Origin: Candidatus Krumholzibacteriia bacterium
GTDB lineage: Bacteria; Krumholzibacteriota; Krumholzibacteriia; JAJRXK01
Assembly: GCA_041484665.1 (NCBI GenBank)
Contig: JBGPIA010000002.1
Location: forward strand, 320,001-384,000
Reading direction: 5' to 3'
Length of the DNA stretch: 64,000 bases
Shown: positions 37,676-48,560 of the stretch, one piece after another
How the letters are laid out: every line of letters starts with the position of its first letter
Position numbering within the stretch: position 1 is the first letter of the stretch
Made by a program: the position numbers and the translations under genes
Notes under the pieces: generated by a model
Databases searched by the model: none
The model's input: only the letters and a program-made list of their open reading frames with translations
Told to the model about the DNA's origin: nothing

Positions 37676-39120
37676 GATGCTCTCCCTCGCTGCCGCCCGC
37701 CCGTCGGCGGCGGGGCGCCGTCGCGCCCGTCCCCGCGCGGGCACGCAACGGCGAGCAGGTCGTACGGACCGCAGCCGACCACCTCGACCGCCAGCCGATC
37801 TCCCGGTCGCAGCCCTTCGGCGGGAAACCAGAGCCCGCCATCGATGTCGTAGCAGAAGCCGTCCGAGCGGCCGAAGGCGACGGGGCGCCCGTGCCACGCC
37901 GCGCGCGGATCCTCCCCCGCCTCGACCGGAACGTCCAGCAAGCCCCCCATGCGGGCGCCACGGTGCACCGCGTCCACGACCACCTCCAGCGTCTTGCCCA
38001 GCAGCGCCCGCTTGCGCTCCCGGGCCAGGTCCCACTGCAGGGCCTGCACGCGCGCGGCACGCTCCTCCTTCTCGGCAGGATCGACGTCGTCGTGCAGGAC
38101 GTAGGCCGGGGTGCCCTGCTCGTGGCTGTAGACGAACGTGGCCAGATGGTCGAACTGGATCTCGGCCAGGAAGTCCAGCAGCTCCACCAGATCGTCCTCG
38201 CTCTCACCGGGAAAGCCCACCAGCGCGGTGCTGCGCAGCATGATCGAGGGACGCAACGTGCGCAACCGCGCAACCTGGCGTCGCAAGCGGCCCACGTCGT
38301 AGCCGCGGTCCATGCGCTGCAGGACGCTGGCGCTGGCGTGCTGGATGGGGATGTCGAGATAGCTGGCGACCTTTGGCTGCGCGTAGAGCTCGTCGGCCAG
38401 TCGGTCGGTGAACAGCGGCGGGAAGGCGTACATGACGCGGATCCAGCGCAGCTCGGGCAGCTGCGCCAGCTCCTGGCAAAGCTGCGGCAGCCGCGGCCGC
38501 CCGGGGAGGTCGATGCCCCACGACGACGTATTCTGCGCGATCAGGATCAGCTCGGAGGCGCCGTCCTCCACCCGGCGTTGCGCCTGTGCCAGCAGCGTGG
38601 CGAGGGGGCGGCTCCGCTGCCGCCCGCGCAGTGCGGGGATCTTGCAGAAGCTACAGCTCTGGTTGCAGCCCTCGGCGATCTTCAGGTAGGCGACGTGGCG
38701 CGGGGTGAGCGCGGCGCGCGCGCCGTTGCCCATGTACGGGGCGAGCTCTGGCAAAGTCGGCAGCGGCGCGGGCGCGCCGGCCCACAGCTCGGCCAGCCGA
38801 TGGTACTGGCCGACGCCCAGCACGGCATCCACCTCGGGCACCAGGCGCTGTAGGTCGTGCGTGCCACCTTGCACGAAGCAACCCATCACGACGAGCTTGC
38901 CGCCGTTCTTCTGGGCCGCCAGCTCACGGATGCGCTCCAGGGACTCCTGCCGCGCGGACGTCAGGAAGCCGCAGGTGTTGACCACCACCAGATCCGCGTC
39001 CTGGGGGCGGCCGGCAACGGCGAAACCCTGGCCGAGCAGCAGGCCGAGGGCGTCCTCGCTGTCCACCAGGTTCTTCTCACAGCCCAAGGTGTCCAGATAG
39101 ACGGTGGGTCTGCCCCTCAC
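37672..39120 (-). CDS. rimO: Ribosomal protein S12 methylthiotransferase
   Basis: LGCEKNLVDSE, NTCGF, AYLKIAEGCNQSCSFC and IAQN motifs, plus a TRAM domain. Confidence 0.92.
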   Translation of the reverse strand: MRGRPTVYLDTLGCEKNLVDSEDALGLLLGQGFAVAGRPQDADLVVVNTCGFLTSARQESLERIRELAAQKNGGKLVVMGCFVQGGTHDLQRLVPEVDAVLGVGQYHRLAELWAGAPAPLPTLPELAPYMGNGARAALTPRHVAYLKIAEGCNQSCSFCKIPALRGRQRSRPLATLLAQAQRRVEDGASELILIAQNTSSWGIDLPGRPRLPQLCQELAQLPELRWIRVMYAFPPLFTDRLADELYAQPKVASYLDIPIQHASASVLQRMDRGYDVGRLRRQVARLRTLRPSIMLRSTALVGFPGESEDDLVELLDFLAEIQFDHLATFVYSHEQGTPAYVLHDDVDPAEKEERAARVQALQWDLARERKRALLGKTLEVVVDAVHRGARMGGLLDVPVEAGEDPRAAWHGRPVAFGRSDGFCYDIDGGLWFPAEGLRPGDRLAVEVVGCGPYDLLAVACPRGDGRDGAPPPTGGRQRGRAS

Positions 39121-41720
39121 GATTGCGCCTCCAGCTCGTCGCGCCCCACCAGGACCTCGCGGGCCTTGCTGCCTTCGAACGGTCCCACCACCCCCTGCTC
39201 CTCCAGCATGTCCATCAGGCGGGCGGCGCGCGTATAGCCTACGCGCAAGCGGCGCTGCAGCAAGGAGACCGACCCGATCTGCGACAGGACGACGATGCGC
39301 CGGGCCTCCTCCAGCAGGACGTCATCGCCCAGCTCCACGCCGACGCCGCCGGCAAGGGCATCGTCCAGTGGGAGCCGGGCCGGCGTGTCGGCCAGCGCGC
39401 GCCAGTGCGCCGCGATGCGCTCGCACTCGTCCAGGGAGAGGTACGCGCCATGGACGCGCACCGGTTGCGCCCAGCCGGCCATGAGGAAGAGCATATCGCC
39501 CTTGCCCAACAGCTGCTCGGCGCCGATCGCGTCGAGGATCGTGCGGCTGTCGATTTTGCTGATCACGCGGAAGGCGATGCGGCTGGGAAAGTTGGCCTTG
39601 ATCACCCCCGTGATCACGTTCACCGATGGGCGCTGCGTGGCCAGCACCAGATGGATGCCCACCGCCCGCGCCATCTGCGCCAGGCGCGCAACGGGCGTCT
39701 CGAGCTCCTGGCCCAGCATCATCATGAGGTCGGCCAGCTCGTCGACGATCACCACCACGTAGGGCATGGTCTCCTCGACGCGCACGCCCTGGGCGTCGCG
39801 CACCTGCCCCGCGCGCACCTTCTCGTTGTAGTCTTGGATGTTGCGCACGCCGTGCTTGGCCAGGCTCGAGTAGCGCACGCTCATGTGCTCCACCATCCAG
39901 CGCAGCGCCTTGAGCGCCTCCTTGGCCTCGGTGATCACCGGATGCAGCAGGTGCGGGATGCCGTTGTAGACCGACAGCTCCAGCATCTTGGGGTCGATCA
40001 TCAGCAGCCGCACCCGCTCGGGGCCGTTGCGCAGCAGCAGATTGCACACCAGGGCGTTGAGGCAGACACTCTTGCCGCTGCCCGTCGCGCCGGCCACCAG
40101 CAGGTGCGGCATGTCGGCCAGGTCGCCGCCGAACGGATTTCCCTCGACGTCCTTGCCCAGAGCGATCGCCAACGGCTTGCGACTCTCGTCGGCCAACAGC
40201 GGCGCCATCACCTGCTTGAGCGTGACCATCTGTGGGAACGGATTGGGGATCTCGATCCCCACGGCGGCTTTGCCGGGGATCGGCGCCTCGATGCGGATGC
40301 GCACGGCGCGCATCGCCAGCGCCAGATCGTCCTGGCGTGAGGTGATCTGGCTGACCTTCACGCCGGGGGCCGGCTCGAACTCGAAGGTCGTGACCACCGG
40401 GCCGGGGCGGATCTCATTGATCTGCCCTTCGATCCCGTAGTTGCTCAGCGTCTCCAACAACAGTCGCGCGTTTTGCTGCAGCACCTCGCGCGTGAAGCCG
40501 CGCTCCTCGCGCTGCACGTCGTCGAGCAGACCCAGCGATGGCAGCGGCAGCTTCCCCCTGCGCTGCGGCCGGCGCAGCTGAGGCAGCGATGGGTCCCGCA
40601 ACAGCTCGGCCGGATCACGGCTGAGGCGGAACTCGGATGTGGCCTCGCCCGCGTTCTCGTCAGCGGCGCCCGCGTCAGCGGCGCCCGCAAGGCCGCCGTC
40701 CGTGGGCCGCAGGCCTTCGTCGCGTGTCGCGGAGGCGTCGAACAGCTCCGCCTGGGCCAGACCGGCGGGCGCACCCTGCGCGGCGGCGCGCGCGTGTAGC
40801 AGCGGCTCGTCGCTGGGCGCAGGCGCTTGCAGCTGCGGCCCGTCCGCGATTGCACGCACCGGCACTGCCGGTACCGCCGCGATGTCCATCGCCGCCCAGT
40901 GCTGCGGCAGGGTGGCCAGCCCGGGCTGCCGCGCCGGGCGTTCCTCCAGCGCCGCAGCGGGCTGTGCGGCGCCGGCTTCCCGTGCAGCCCCCTGGGGCTT
41001 GGGTGAGCCGGCCGGCTCGCGGCGCGCGCGCAGGCGCGTCATCAACGCGCGCAGCGGCCGCGCGATCGCCTGCCGCGCGGCGGCGAGTTGCGGCGCGCGC
41101 GCCAGGACCCAGCGTACGGCGGCGGCAGCGCCCCGCAGCGTGCCCTGTGCGGCCAGTGCCAGGGCCGCGCGCGCCGCGCGCCCGGCGCGTCGCAACCACT
41201 CGCCGTCGAAGGTGACTCGGATCGCTGCGCCCGGAACCTTGCGCAGCACCAGCCAGACCAGCACGCAGGACAGGACGAGGAAGCTGCCCAACGCGCCCGC
41301 GACGCCGTGCACCGACCGCTCCGTGAGGCGCCCCACAGCGCCGCCGCTGCTCGGCTGTGCGCCGATGCGGCCCAGGGCCGGATGCGCCAGCAGGCCCACC
41401 GCCGCCACGACGCCCAGCAGCAACCGGGCGGGCGGGGCGAGCGCGCGGCGGTTGTTGCGCGCGGCGCGCAGCGGCATCCAGAGAAACGGTGCGGCCGGCA
41501 GGAGCCACCGCAGCCAGGGCCCCAGCGCCCACGCCGCGAGCGCCGCCAGCACGCCACCCAGGGGACCGGCCGGCTGCGGGCGCGCCAGGGCATCCAGCGC
41601 GAAGGCCTCGCGCAGTGACAGCGGCACGCGTGGGCCGGCGAACCAGCAGGCCACCGCCAGGTAGAGGCCCAAGAGGCCCGTCAGCACGATCGGGCCCAGC
41701 AGATGTTGCTTGCGCTTCAC
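39117..41720 (-). CDS. ftsK: DNA translocase FtsK
   Basis: N-terminal TMs, Ala/Pro linker, PHLLVAGATGSGKS, DELADLMM, ATQRPS and gamma domain. Confidence 0.94.
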   Translation of the reverse strand: MKRKQHLLGPIVLTGLLGLYLAVACWFAGPRVPLSLREAFALDALARPQPAGPLGGVLAALAAWALGPWLRWLLPAAPFLWMPLRAARNNRRALAPPARLLLGVVAAVGLLAHPALGRIGAQPSSGGAVGRLTERSVHGVAGALGSFLVLSCVLVWLVLRKVPGAAIRVTFDGEWLRRAGRAARAALALAAQGTLRGAAAAVRWVLARAPQLAAARQAIARPLRALMTRLRARREPAGSPKPQGAAREAGAAQPAAALEERPARQPGLATLPQHWAAMDIAAVPAVPVRAIADGPQLQAPAPSDEPLLHARAAAQGAPAGLAQAELFDASATRDEGLRPTDGGLAGAADAGAADENAGEATSEFRLSRDPAELLRDPSLPQLRRPQRRGKLPLPSLGLLDDVQREERGFTREVLQQNARLLLETLSNYGIEGQINEIRPGPVVTTFEFEPAPGVKVSQITSRQDDLALAMRAVRIRIEAPIPGKAAVGIEIPNPFPQMVTLKQVMAPLLADESRKPLAIALGKDVEGNPFGGDLADMPHLLVAGATGSGKSVCLNALVCNLLLRNGPERVRLLMIDPKMLELSVYNGIPHLLHPVITEAKEALKALRWMVEHMSVRYSSLAKHGVRNIQDYNEKVRAGQVRDAQGVRVEETMPYVVVIVDELADLMMMLGQELETPVARLAQMARAVGIHLVLATQRPSVNVITGVIKANFPSRIAFRVISKIDSRTILDAIGAEQLLGKGDMLFLMAGWAQPVRVHGAYLSLDECERIAAHWRALADTPARLPLDDALAGGVGVELGDDVLLEEARRIVVLSQIGSVSLLQRRLRVGYTRAARLMDMLEEQGVVGPFEGSKAREVLVGRDELEAQS
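40658..40687. repeat. 15-bp perfect tandem duplication in the FtsK linker
   Basis: CGTCAGCGGCGCCCG x2, encoding the GAAD-A-GAAD stretch. Confidence 0.8.
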
Positions 41721-41742
41721 GTCGGATGTGAGGGTCGGGTGG

Positions 41743-42390
41743 CTACCAGCGCGCGAGGGCGGCGCGGAAGGCGGGAACCGCTCCCGGCGCGGAATCCCCT
41801 CGCGTCAGCCCGGAGGCGACGGCGATCCCGGCCAGGCCGAGCCCGGCCAGCCGGTCCACGTTCTCCGGTCGGATCCCCCCGATCGCCAGCAGCGGCAGTG
41901 TAGAGGCGGCCACTGCGGCGGTCAACGCCGCCGGCCCGACGACCACGCTGTCCGCCCGCGTCGTGGTGGCGAACACCGACCCGAACGCCAGATAGTCCGC
42001 CTCGCGGGGTGCGCGCCGGATTTCCTCCAGCGCGTGGGTCGACCAGCCGATCAAGGCGTCGGGCCCCAGCAGCTGGCGGGCGTACCGCACGGGCAGGTCA
42101 TCCTGGCCCAGGTGCACGCCGTCGGCCCCACCGGCCAGCGCCACGTCGGCGCGGTCGTTGATCAACAGCGGCACACCCAGCGGGCGCAGCCGCGCCAGCA
42201 GCTCCTGGGCGCAGGCCAGGAGCGCGCCGGCCTCCCAGCCCTTGGCGCGCAGCTGCACCAGGTCGACGCCCTCGCGGGCGAGCTCCCACGCATGCGCCGC
42301 GAGCTGATCGCGCGGCAACAGGCCGGCGTCCACGAGCGCGTAGAGAATCGCAGGCCGCCGCCGCAGCCGCTCTGCGAAAGGGTGCGCCAT
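41743..42390 (-). CDS. thiE: Thiamine-phosphate synthase
   Basis: VQLRAK, INDR, GVHLGQDD, GWSTH and AIGGI motifs. Confidence 0.9.
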   Translation of the reverse strand: MAHPFAERLRRRPAILYALVDAGLLPRDQLAAHAWELAREGVDLVQLRAKGWEAGALLACAQELLARLRPLGVPLLINDRADVALAGGADGVHLGQDDLPVRYARQLLGPDALIGWSTHALEEIRRAPREADYLAFGSVFATTTRADSVVVGPAALTAAVAASTLPLLAIGGIRPENVDRLAGLGLAGIAVASGLTRGDSAPGAVPAFRAALARW

Positions 42391-42393
42391 GGC

Positions 42394-43767
42394 CTAGGCC
42401 TCGGCGGCGCTCATGGCCTGCTTCAGCGCGCTGAGGTTCTCCTCCAGATAGCGCGTGGTGGCCCGACCCTCCACGAAGATGGGGTCCTCGAGCACGCGCA
42501 GGTGGAAGGGAATCGAGGTCGGCACGCCCTCGATCACCATCTCGCTGAGCGCGCGGCGCATGCGCGCCAAGGCCTCGGCACGGTCGGCGCCGTGGCAGAT
42601 GAGCTTGGCCAACAACGAGTCGTAGTGCGGCCCGACCACGTAATCGGCGTAGATGTGCGTGTCCAGCCGCACGCCCGGCCCGCCCGGCGGGTGGAACGTG
42701 AGGATCTTCCCCGGGCAGGGGGCGAAGTTGCGCCCGGGGTCCTCGGCGTTGATACGGCACTCGATGGCGTGGCCGCGCAGGCGGACGTCCTTCTGGCGGA
42801 TCGCCAGCCGCTCCCCCGAGGCGATCTTGATCATCTCCTTCACGATGTCCAGGTCGGTGACCATCTCGGTGACGGGGTGCTCCACCTGGATGCGCGTGTT
42901 CATCTCCATGAAGAAGAAGTTGCCGTCCTCGTCCAGCAGGAATTCGATGGTGCCGGCCGATGTGTAGCCCACCGAGCGGGCCAGCTGCACGGCCGCCTCG
43001 CCCATACGCGCGCGCAGCCGCTCGTCCACCGCCGGCGACGGAGACTCCTCGATGAGCTTCTGATGGCGCCTCTGCACCGAGCAGTCGCGCTCACCCAGGT
43101 GCACGATGGTGCCATGCGTGTCGCCCAAGAGCTGGATCTCGATGTGACGCGGGCGCTCCAGCAGTCGCTCCAGGTAGAGGTCGCCGTTCTTGAAGGCGGC
43201 CTCCGCCTCGGCGCGCGCGATGACGATGCCCGAGCGCAACTCCTCCTCGTCGGCGGCGGGGCGCATGCCCTTGCCGCCCCCACCGGCCGCGGCCTTGATC
43301 ATCACCGGATAGCCCAGGGCCGCGGCCTGCGCGGCGCCGTTATCCGGATCGCGCACCAACCCCGGGCTGCCGGGGATGACGGGGATGCCGGCAGCGACGG
43401 CGCTCTGCCGCGCCACGCTCTTGTCCCCCATCTTGCGGATGATCTCCGGCGCCGGACCGATCCACGTGAGGTCGCAACTCACGACGATCTCGGCGAACTC
43501 GGCGTTCTCGGCTAGAAACCCGTAGCCCGGATGCACGGCGTCGGCGCCGGTGATCTCGGCTGCGGCGATGATGCGCGGCACGTTGAGATAGCTCTGGGTG
43601 CCCAGCGGCCCGCCGATGCAGACCGACTCGTCGGCAAACTTGACGTGGAGCGATTCCGCGTCGGCGGTGGAGTGGACCGCCACGGTGGAGATGCCCAACT
43701 CGCGGCACGCGCGCATCACGCGCAGGGCGATCTCACCCCGATTGGCCACGAGCACCTTGTGGACCAT
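42394..43767 (-). CDS. accC: Acetyl-CoA carboxylase biotin carboxylase
   Basis: [35 protein letters not shown] and [10 protein letters not shown] motifs. Confidence 0.96.
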   Translation of the reverse strand: MVHKVLVANRGEIALRVMRACRELGISTVAVHSTADAESLHVKFADESVCIGGPLGTQSYLNVPRIIAAAEITGADAVHPGYGFLAENAEFAEIVVSCDLTWIGPAPEIIRKMGDKSVARQSAVAAGIPVIPGSPGLVRDPDNGAAQAAALGYPVMIKAAAGGGGKGMRPAADEEELRSGIVIARAEAEAAFKNGDLYLERLLERPRHIEIQLLGDTHGTIVHLGERDCSVQRRHQKLIEESPSPAVDERLRARMGEAAVQLARSVGYTSAGTIEFLLDEDGNFFFMEMNTRIQVEHPVTEMVTDLDIVKEMIKIASGERLAIRQKDVRLRGHAIECRINAEDPGRNFAPCPGKILTFHPPGGPGVRLDTHIYADYVVGPHYDSLLAKLICHGADRAEALARMRRALSEMVIEGVPTSIPFHLRVLEDPIFVEGRATTRYLEENLSALKQAMSAAEA

Positions 43768-43869
43768 TGCAGCGCCTCCGCAAGGGCTGTGCGCGCTGCC
43801 GGCGGCGCGCGCCGCACCAAGATGCGCCAACAGCGGTCGGCGGGCAAGAGGCGAGGTCTGTGGACCGAG

Positions 43870-45015
43870 CTAGAGCTTGACGAACTCGCCCCGCGCCGGC
43901 TCCTTGGCCGCCGGCTTCTCGAAGCGGTCCCAGGAGGTGTCGGAGCTGGCGTGGATGCCCTTGATGCGCAGGCTGAACTCGTGGGGATTGGTAGAGGCGC
44001 GCAGCGCGTCCTCCAGGCTGATGCGCCCGGCCTTGAACAGCGCCATCAGCGACTGGTCGAAGCTCTGCATCTGGTAGGCGACGTACCCCTCGGTGACGGC
44101 GTCGGCGATCATGTGGGTCTTCTCGGGGTCGCGGATGTACTCCTGGATGGTGGTCGTATTGATCATGATCTCCACCGCGGGGACGCGGCCGTTGCCGTGG
44201 ATCTCACGGATCAGACGCTGGCTGACGATGGCGCGCAGAGTCGTGGAGAGCATGTAGCGGATCTCCTGGTGCTGGTGCGGCGGGAAGAAGCTGATGATGC
44301 GGTTGATGGTCTGGGTGGCATCGATGGTGTGGAGCGTGGAGAGCACCAGGTGCCCCGTGTCGGCGGCGGTGAGCGCCGTCTTCATGGTCTCGGCGTCGCG
44401 GATCTCGCCGATGAGGATCACGTTGGGGTCCTGGCGCAGGATGTGGCGCAGCGCCTCCAGGAAGCTGCTGGTGTCCGTGCCGACCTCGCGCTGATTGATG
44501 ATCGACTTCTTGTCCTTGTGGAGGAACTCGATGGGGTCCTCGATGGTGATGATGCTGCTGCAGAGCTCGCTGTTGATGGTGTTGATCATGCCGGCCAAGG
44601 TCGTCGACTTGCCAGAGCCGACCGTGCCCGTCACCAGGATCAGCCCGCGGGGCGACAGCGACAGCTCGCGGATGATGGTCGGGGTGTTGAGCTCCTCGAG
44701 GGCCTTGATCTCCACAGGCACGTGGCGGAACACCATGGCGAACGAGCCGCGCTGCACGTAGAAGTTTGCGCGGAAGCGGGCTAGCCCGGGCACGCCGAAG
44801 GCAAAGTCGACCTCGCGGGTGGTCTCGAACTGCTCTTTCTGGGCCGGCGTCAGGATGTGCTCGCAGACCGCCGTCATGTCGCGCGGCGTGGGCGCGGCGA
44901 ATTCGAGCGGCTGCAGGCGCCCGTGCACGCGCACCGTGGGGGGCACGCCGACCTTCAAGTGCAGGTCGCTGCCCTGGAACTCGATCATCTGTTGCAAAAT
45001 GGCTTTGATGTTCAT
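43870..45015 (-). CDS. pilT: PilT/PilU family type IV pilus retraction ATPase
   Basis: SDLHL, GTVGSGKST, EDPIE, LRQDP, GEIRD and GHLVLSTLHT motifs. Confidence 0.88.
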   Translation of the reverse strand: MNIKAILQQMIEFQGSDLHLKVGVPPTVRVHGRLQPLEFAAPTPRDMTAVCEHILTPAQKEQFETTREVDFAFGVPGLARFRANFYVQRGSFAMVFRHVPVEIKALEELNTPTIIRELSLSPRGLILVTGTVGSGKSTTLAGMINTINSELCSSIITIEDPIEFLHKDKKSIINQREVGTDTSSFLEALRHILRQDPNVILIGEIRDAETMKTALTAADTGHLVLSTLHTIDATQTINRIISFFPPHQHQEIRYMLSTTLRAIVSQRLIREIHGNGRVPAVEIMINTTTIQEYIRDPEKTHMIADAVTEGYVAYQMQSFDQSLMALFKAGRISLEDALRASTNPHEFSLRIKGIHASSDTSWDRFEKPAAKEPARGEFVKL

Positions 45016-45224
45016 GGGCCGTCCACTCCCCGGCCGCGGGCCGGGTCGCCGCGCTCCCGGCCGTGCCGTATTGTGCCCTGTGGTTCCTCGTCGTCGGGAG
45101 CCACGCCCGCCCGGGGAGGTCCCGGACCGCTTGCGTGGGCGAAATGCAAGCGGCGGTCCAAGCCGGACCGCCGCGGGCCCGCGTGCCGTGCTGCGCCGCA
45201 CGGCGCCGCCGGCGGACCGGCTGC

Positions 45225-45728
45225 TCAGGCCGCCGTGTCGATCAGGAACAAGGGCTGGCCGAACTCGACGGGCTGGGCGTTCTCCACCAGGACCTCCCGC
45301 ACCACGCCCGAGATCTCGGCCTCGATCTCGTTCATGAGCTTCATCGCCTCGACGATGCACACCACGTCGCCCTTCTCGACGCGGTCGCCGGCGCGCACGT
45401 AGGGCTCGGCGTCGGGCGATGGCGCGCGGTAGAACGTGCCCACCATGGGGCTGGCGATTTCGCGCAGGGTCTCGCTGCCGCGCGCGACAGCGGTGGACGC
45501 GGGAGCGGGCGCCGCCGCTTCTGGGGCGGGCGCGGGCGCCGCGGCAGGCGCCGCAGCGGCAGCCACAGGGGGCGCCAAAGGGGATGTGGGCTGTGCTGTG
45601 GGCACCACCGTGACGCCGGCTTGGCCCTTGGAGATGCGGATCGTCTCGCCGCGGTTGGAGAGCTCCAGCTCCTGGATGCGACTCTCCTCCACCAGGCGGA
45701 TCAGCTCGCGGATCTTCTCGAGTTCCAT
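45225..45728 (-). CDS. accB: Biotin carboxyl carrier protein
   Basis: [17 protein letters not shown] and an Ala/Pro linker. Confidence 0.96.
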   Translation of the reverse strand: MELEKIRELIRLVEESRIQELELSNRGETIRISKGQAGVTVVPTAQPTSPLAPPVAAAAAPAAAPAPAPEAAAPAPASTAVARGSETLREIASPMVGTFYRAPSPDAEPYVRAGDRVEKGDVVCIVEAMKLMNEIEAEISGVVREVLVENAQPVEFGQPLFLIDTAA

Positions 45729-45750
45729 CGTGATCTGAGTAGGGTTTCCC

Positions 45751-46191
45751 TCAAGCGCGGGCGACGCGTAGATGCGCCACCAGCCCGCGCAGGGCCAGCG
45801 GGTAGCTGTCCGCGCCGAACCCCGCGATGACGCCCAGGGCGATGTCGCCCAACAGCGAACTCCGGCGGAACGGCTCCCGCGCCGCGACGTTGGTGCAGTG
45901 CACCTCGACGAATGGCAGCCCTACCGCCAGCAGCGCGTCGCGCAGCGCGACGCTGGTGTGGCCGAACCCGCCCGGGTTCACCACGAACCCCGCTGAAGTC
46001 GTGCTGCGCTGGATGCAATCGATCAGCTCGCCCTCGTGATTGGACTGGAAGGAGTCGATCTCCACGCCGAGGTCCGCGGCCAGCTGCACGAGCGCCGCGT
46101 CGATCTCGGCCAGGCCCACGCGGCCATAGAGATCGGGCTGCCGGCTCCCGAGCAAGTTGAGGTTAGGCCCGTGAAGGACCTGGATGTGCAT
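45751..46191 (-). CDS. aroQ: Type II 3-dehydroquinate dehydratase
   Basis: [26 protein letters not shown] and REPFR motifs. Confidence 0.93.
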   Translation of the reverse strand: MHIQVLHGPNLNLLGSRQPDLYGRVGLAEIDAALVQLAADLGVEIDSFQSNHEGELIDCIQRSTTSAGFVVNPGGFGHTSVALRDALLAVGLPFVEVHCTNVAAREPFRRSSLLGDIALGVIAGFGADSYPLALRGLVAHLRVARA

Positions 46192-46269
46192 GCGTGCCCC
46201 TCCGCCCGGCGGCGGGCGTCCGGGAGCGCGGAGCCCGTGTCTCGAACCGGCGCGAGGATACGGGACCGG

Positions 46270-47415
46270 TCAGGAATTGCGAAGCTTCATCTTTTTGAGC
46301 CAGGACTGGAAGTGGTCGAAGTTCTCGGGCTCCGTACCATCTGGGTCCGGCCCCGCCGGTGGCGTCACTTGCGACGTGTGCGACGAGTGCGACGGCCACG
46401 GTGGCTGCGGTGATGGCGGCGGCTGCGGTGATGGCGGTGGCTGCTCTGGGTGGGATCGGTGCGGCACGCCGAGCGCAGCGTTGGCCCGCGCGGCGGGGTC
46501 CTGGCGCAAGGTGTCGCGCGCTGCTCCGTCACGGCGGGCCGCGTCGCGCGCGGGCGCGGCGCGGGGGCGCTCGGGTCCAGTCTCCTCGTCCGCAGGCGTG
46601 CGCAGGCGCGTCTCCATGACCTCGAGCGCGTGCAGCTCACCCTCGATGCGCGCGATACGTTCGGCGAGCTCAAAAGCGCGCTGGGGCGAGCGCGCGCTCA
46701 CGGAGCGGTAGATCTCCAGCGCCTTCGCCTTGAATCCCTGCTCGCAGTAGATGTCCGCCAAGGTGATCGTGGCGATCTCCGTCGCGCTGGGCGAGAGCGC
46801 CGCGGGCGCCGGGTCGGGCAGCGGTGGCGGGACGGGCTCGGGCGGCGCCGGAGGCACCGGCTGCGCCCGCTGCGGCGGCGGCGACGAAAGCACGTCGGAG
46901 CTGCTCAATGCGGTGAGCACCTCGGGCTTCAGCTTGCCGACCGGCGCGTTCACCGTCGCGGCGTCGGCCGGCGGCGGCGCCTGCGCGGCGCGCGCAGCGG
47001 CGAGCTCGGCGCGCAGGCTCGCGACCTGCTCCTGGGCCAGCGCGGACTCGGGGTCCGCCGCGGCGATCTGCTCCCAGAAGCGCAGCGCCTGCGCGCTGTC
47101 GCCCTGATCCTGCGCGTCCTGGGCCAGCTGGCGTAGTGCCACGAGGTTCTGGGGATCGATGCCGAGCACCTTCGCGAACGTCTCGCGCGCAGCGTCGAGC
47201 TCGCCGCGATCCACATGGACCTTGGCGAGGATCACGTACGCGCTCGAGTAGCGTGGGTGCAGTTGTAGACCCTCGCGGCAAAGGCGCAGCGCTTCCTCGA
47301 GACGACCGAGTTTTCGGTACGCGTCCGCCAGCGGCGCGAAGGCGCGTCCTTGCGGATTAGCCTCGTAGCGCTCGATGAGCCGTTGGAGCTCACGCTCGGG
47401 CGAGATGCTGCTCAC
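46270..47415 (-). CDS. Cytoplasmic TPR protein with Pro-rich linker
   Basis: N-terminal TPRs (FAPLADAYRK...), later TITLADIYCEQG motif and low-complexity segments. Confidence 0.8.
   Translation of the reverse strand: MSSISPERELQRLIERYEANPQGRAFAPLADAYRKLGRLEEALRLCREGLQLHPRYSSAYVILAKVHVDRGELDAARETFAKVLGIDPQNLVALRQLAQDAQDQGDSAQALRFWEQIAAADPESALAQEQVASLRAELAAARAAQAPPPADAATVNAPVGKLKPEVLTALSSSDVLSSPPPQRAQPVPPAPPEPVPPPLPDPAPAALSPSATEIATITLADIYCEQGFKAKALEIYRSVSARSPQRAFELAERIARIEGELHALEVMETRLRTPADEETGPERPRAAPARDAARRDGAARDTLRQDPAARANAALGVPHRSHPEQPPPSPQPPPSPQPPWPSHSSHTSQVTPPAGPDPDGTEPENFDHFQSWLKKMKLRNS
46400..46444. repeat. 18-bp tandem repeat (about 2.5 copies) encoding QPPPSP
   Basis: GG(T/C)GGCTGCGGTGATGGC repeated inside the TPR gene. 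Confidence 0.75.
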
Positions 47416-48560
47416 CGGCCTGCTCCTGCCCTGGGAACCCTGTGTGGACGGACCCGACCGGGGCGGCTGGGCGATGACGAATGGGGCGGCGCGCCGGACA
47501 GGAATCGGAGGGATCGACCAAGCATCGTCCGCTCGATCCTGTGGCCGAACGTAGCGGAGCCCACCCCGTGCGTCAAGACCATCCTGGCCTCTCCAGCCCG
47601 GCTCTTTTTGTCGTAACCAACTGCATTCAAGACACTTGCGGAGTCGCCCCGATCCCGCTCCACGGGCAGGCCCAGCTCCGTCAGCAACGCGCGCACGCGC
47701 GACAACGTTCCCGCCGGAGCAAGCCCGCGCCGCTCCGAGATCCAGCTAGCAGCAATCATGCCCAGGGAAATTGCTTCCCCGTGGAGCAGCCGGGGCCGCT
47801 GAGTGGCCTCCAGCGCATGCCCGACCGTATGGCCGAAATTCAGCAGAGCTCGGGGCCCCTCCTCGCGCGGATCGCGGGCGACGATGCGCGCCTTGACCGC
47901 GTTGGCGCGCCGGAGCACGGCCTCCCATGCCTCCAGATCCACGCCCGCCAGGCGGGGAGCCGTCCGCTCCAGGAGCGCGAACAAGGCACGGTCGGCAATC
48001 GCCCCGCACTTGACCACCTCCGCGAGGCCCGCCACCCGGTGTCGCCGCGGCAGCGTGCGCAGCGCCTCCAGCGCCCCGTAGACCCCTACGGGCTGGTGGA
48101 AAGCGCCGATCAGGTTTTTGACGCCTGCACCGTTCACGGCGGTCTTGCCACCGATGGCGCTGTCTGCCAGCGCCAGGCTGGTGGTGGCGAGCGGGCACCA
48201 AGCGATGCCGCGCAGGTACGTGGCGGCGAACAGGCCAACGGCGTCGCCCACCGTACCGCCGCCCACGGCGATAACCAGCGTCTGGCGGTCGGCTCGGGCA
48301 TCCAAGGCGGCGCGCGCGAGCGCCGCCAGCGTGCGCAACGACTTCACGCGCTCGCCGCCGTGCACGGCCACCACCCCCGCGCGCTCGCGCCGCGACAGCC
48401 CCGCGAGCGCCTGCGGGCAGCGCTGCAGCAGCGTGCGGTCGGCGATCACGAGCCAGCGGCGCTCGCCATGGTCGCGACGCAGCTCGGCCCAGGCCTGCGC
48501 GAACGTCGCGCGCAGTCGGACCGGGTAGGGCGGGTCCAGGTTGACGTGTAGATCGCTCAC
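47412..48560 (-). CDS. aroB: 3-dehydroquinate synthase
   Basis: GGGTVGD, RGI, DSAIGGKTAVN, KNLIGAFHQP, NFGHTVGHALE and HGEAI motifs. Confidence 0.93.
   Translation of the reverse strand: MSDLHVNLDPPYPVRLRATFAQAWAELRRDHGERRWLVIADRTLLQRCPQALAGLSRRERAGVVAVHGGERVKSLRTLAALARAALDARADRQTLVIAVGGGTVGDAVGLFAATYLRGIAWCPLATTSLALADSAIGGKTAVNGAGVKNLIGAFHQPVGVYGALEALRTLPRRHRVAGLAEVVKCGAIADRALFALLERTAPRLAGVDLEAWEAVLRRANAVKARIVARDPREEGPRALLNFGHTVGHALEATQRPRLLHGEAISLGMIAASWISERRGLAPAGTLSRVRALLTELGLPVERDRGDSASVLNAVGYDKKSRAGEARMVLTHGVGSATFGHRIERTMLGRSLRFLSGAPPHSSSPSRPGRVRPHRVPRAGAGR

Noticed and set aside
46370..46444. Short tandem repeats as a possible CRISPR array
   Set aside because: The units are 9 and 18 bp, in frame within a coding linker, with no spacers and no cas genes.
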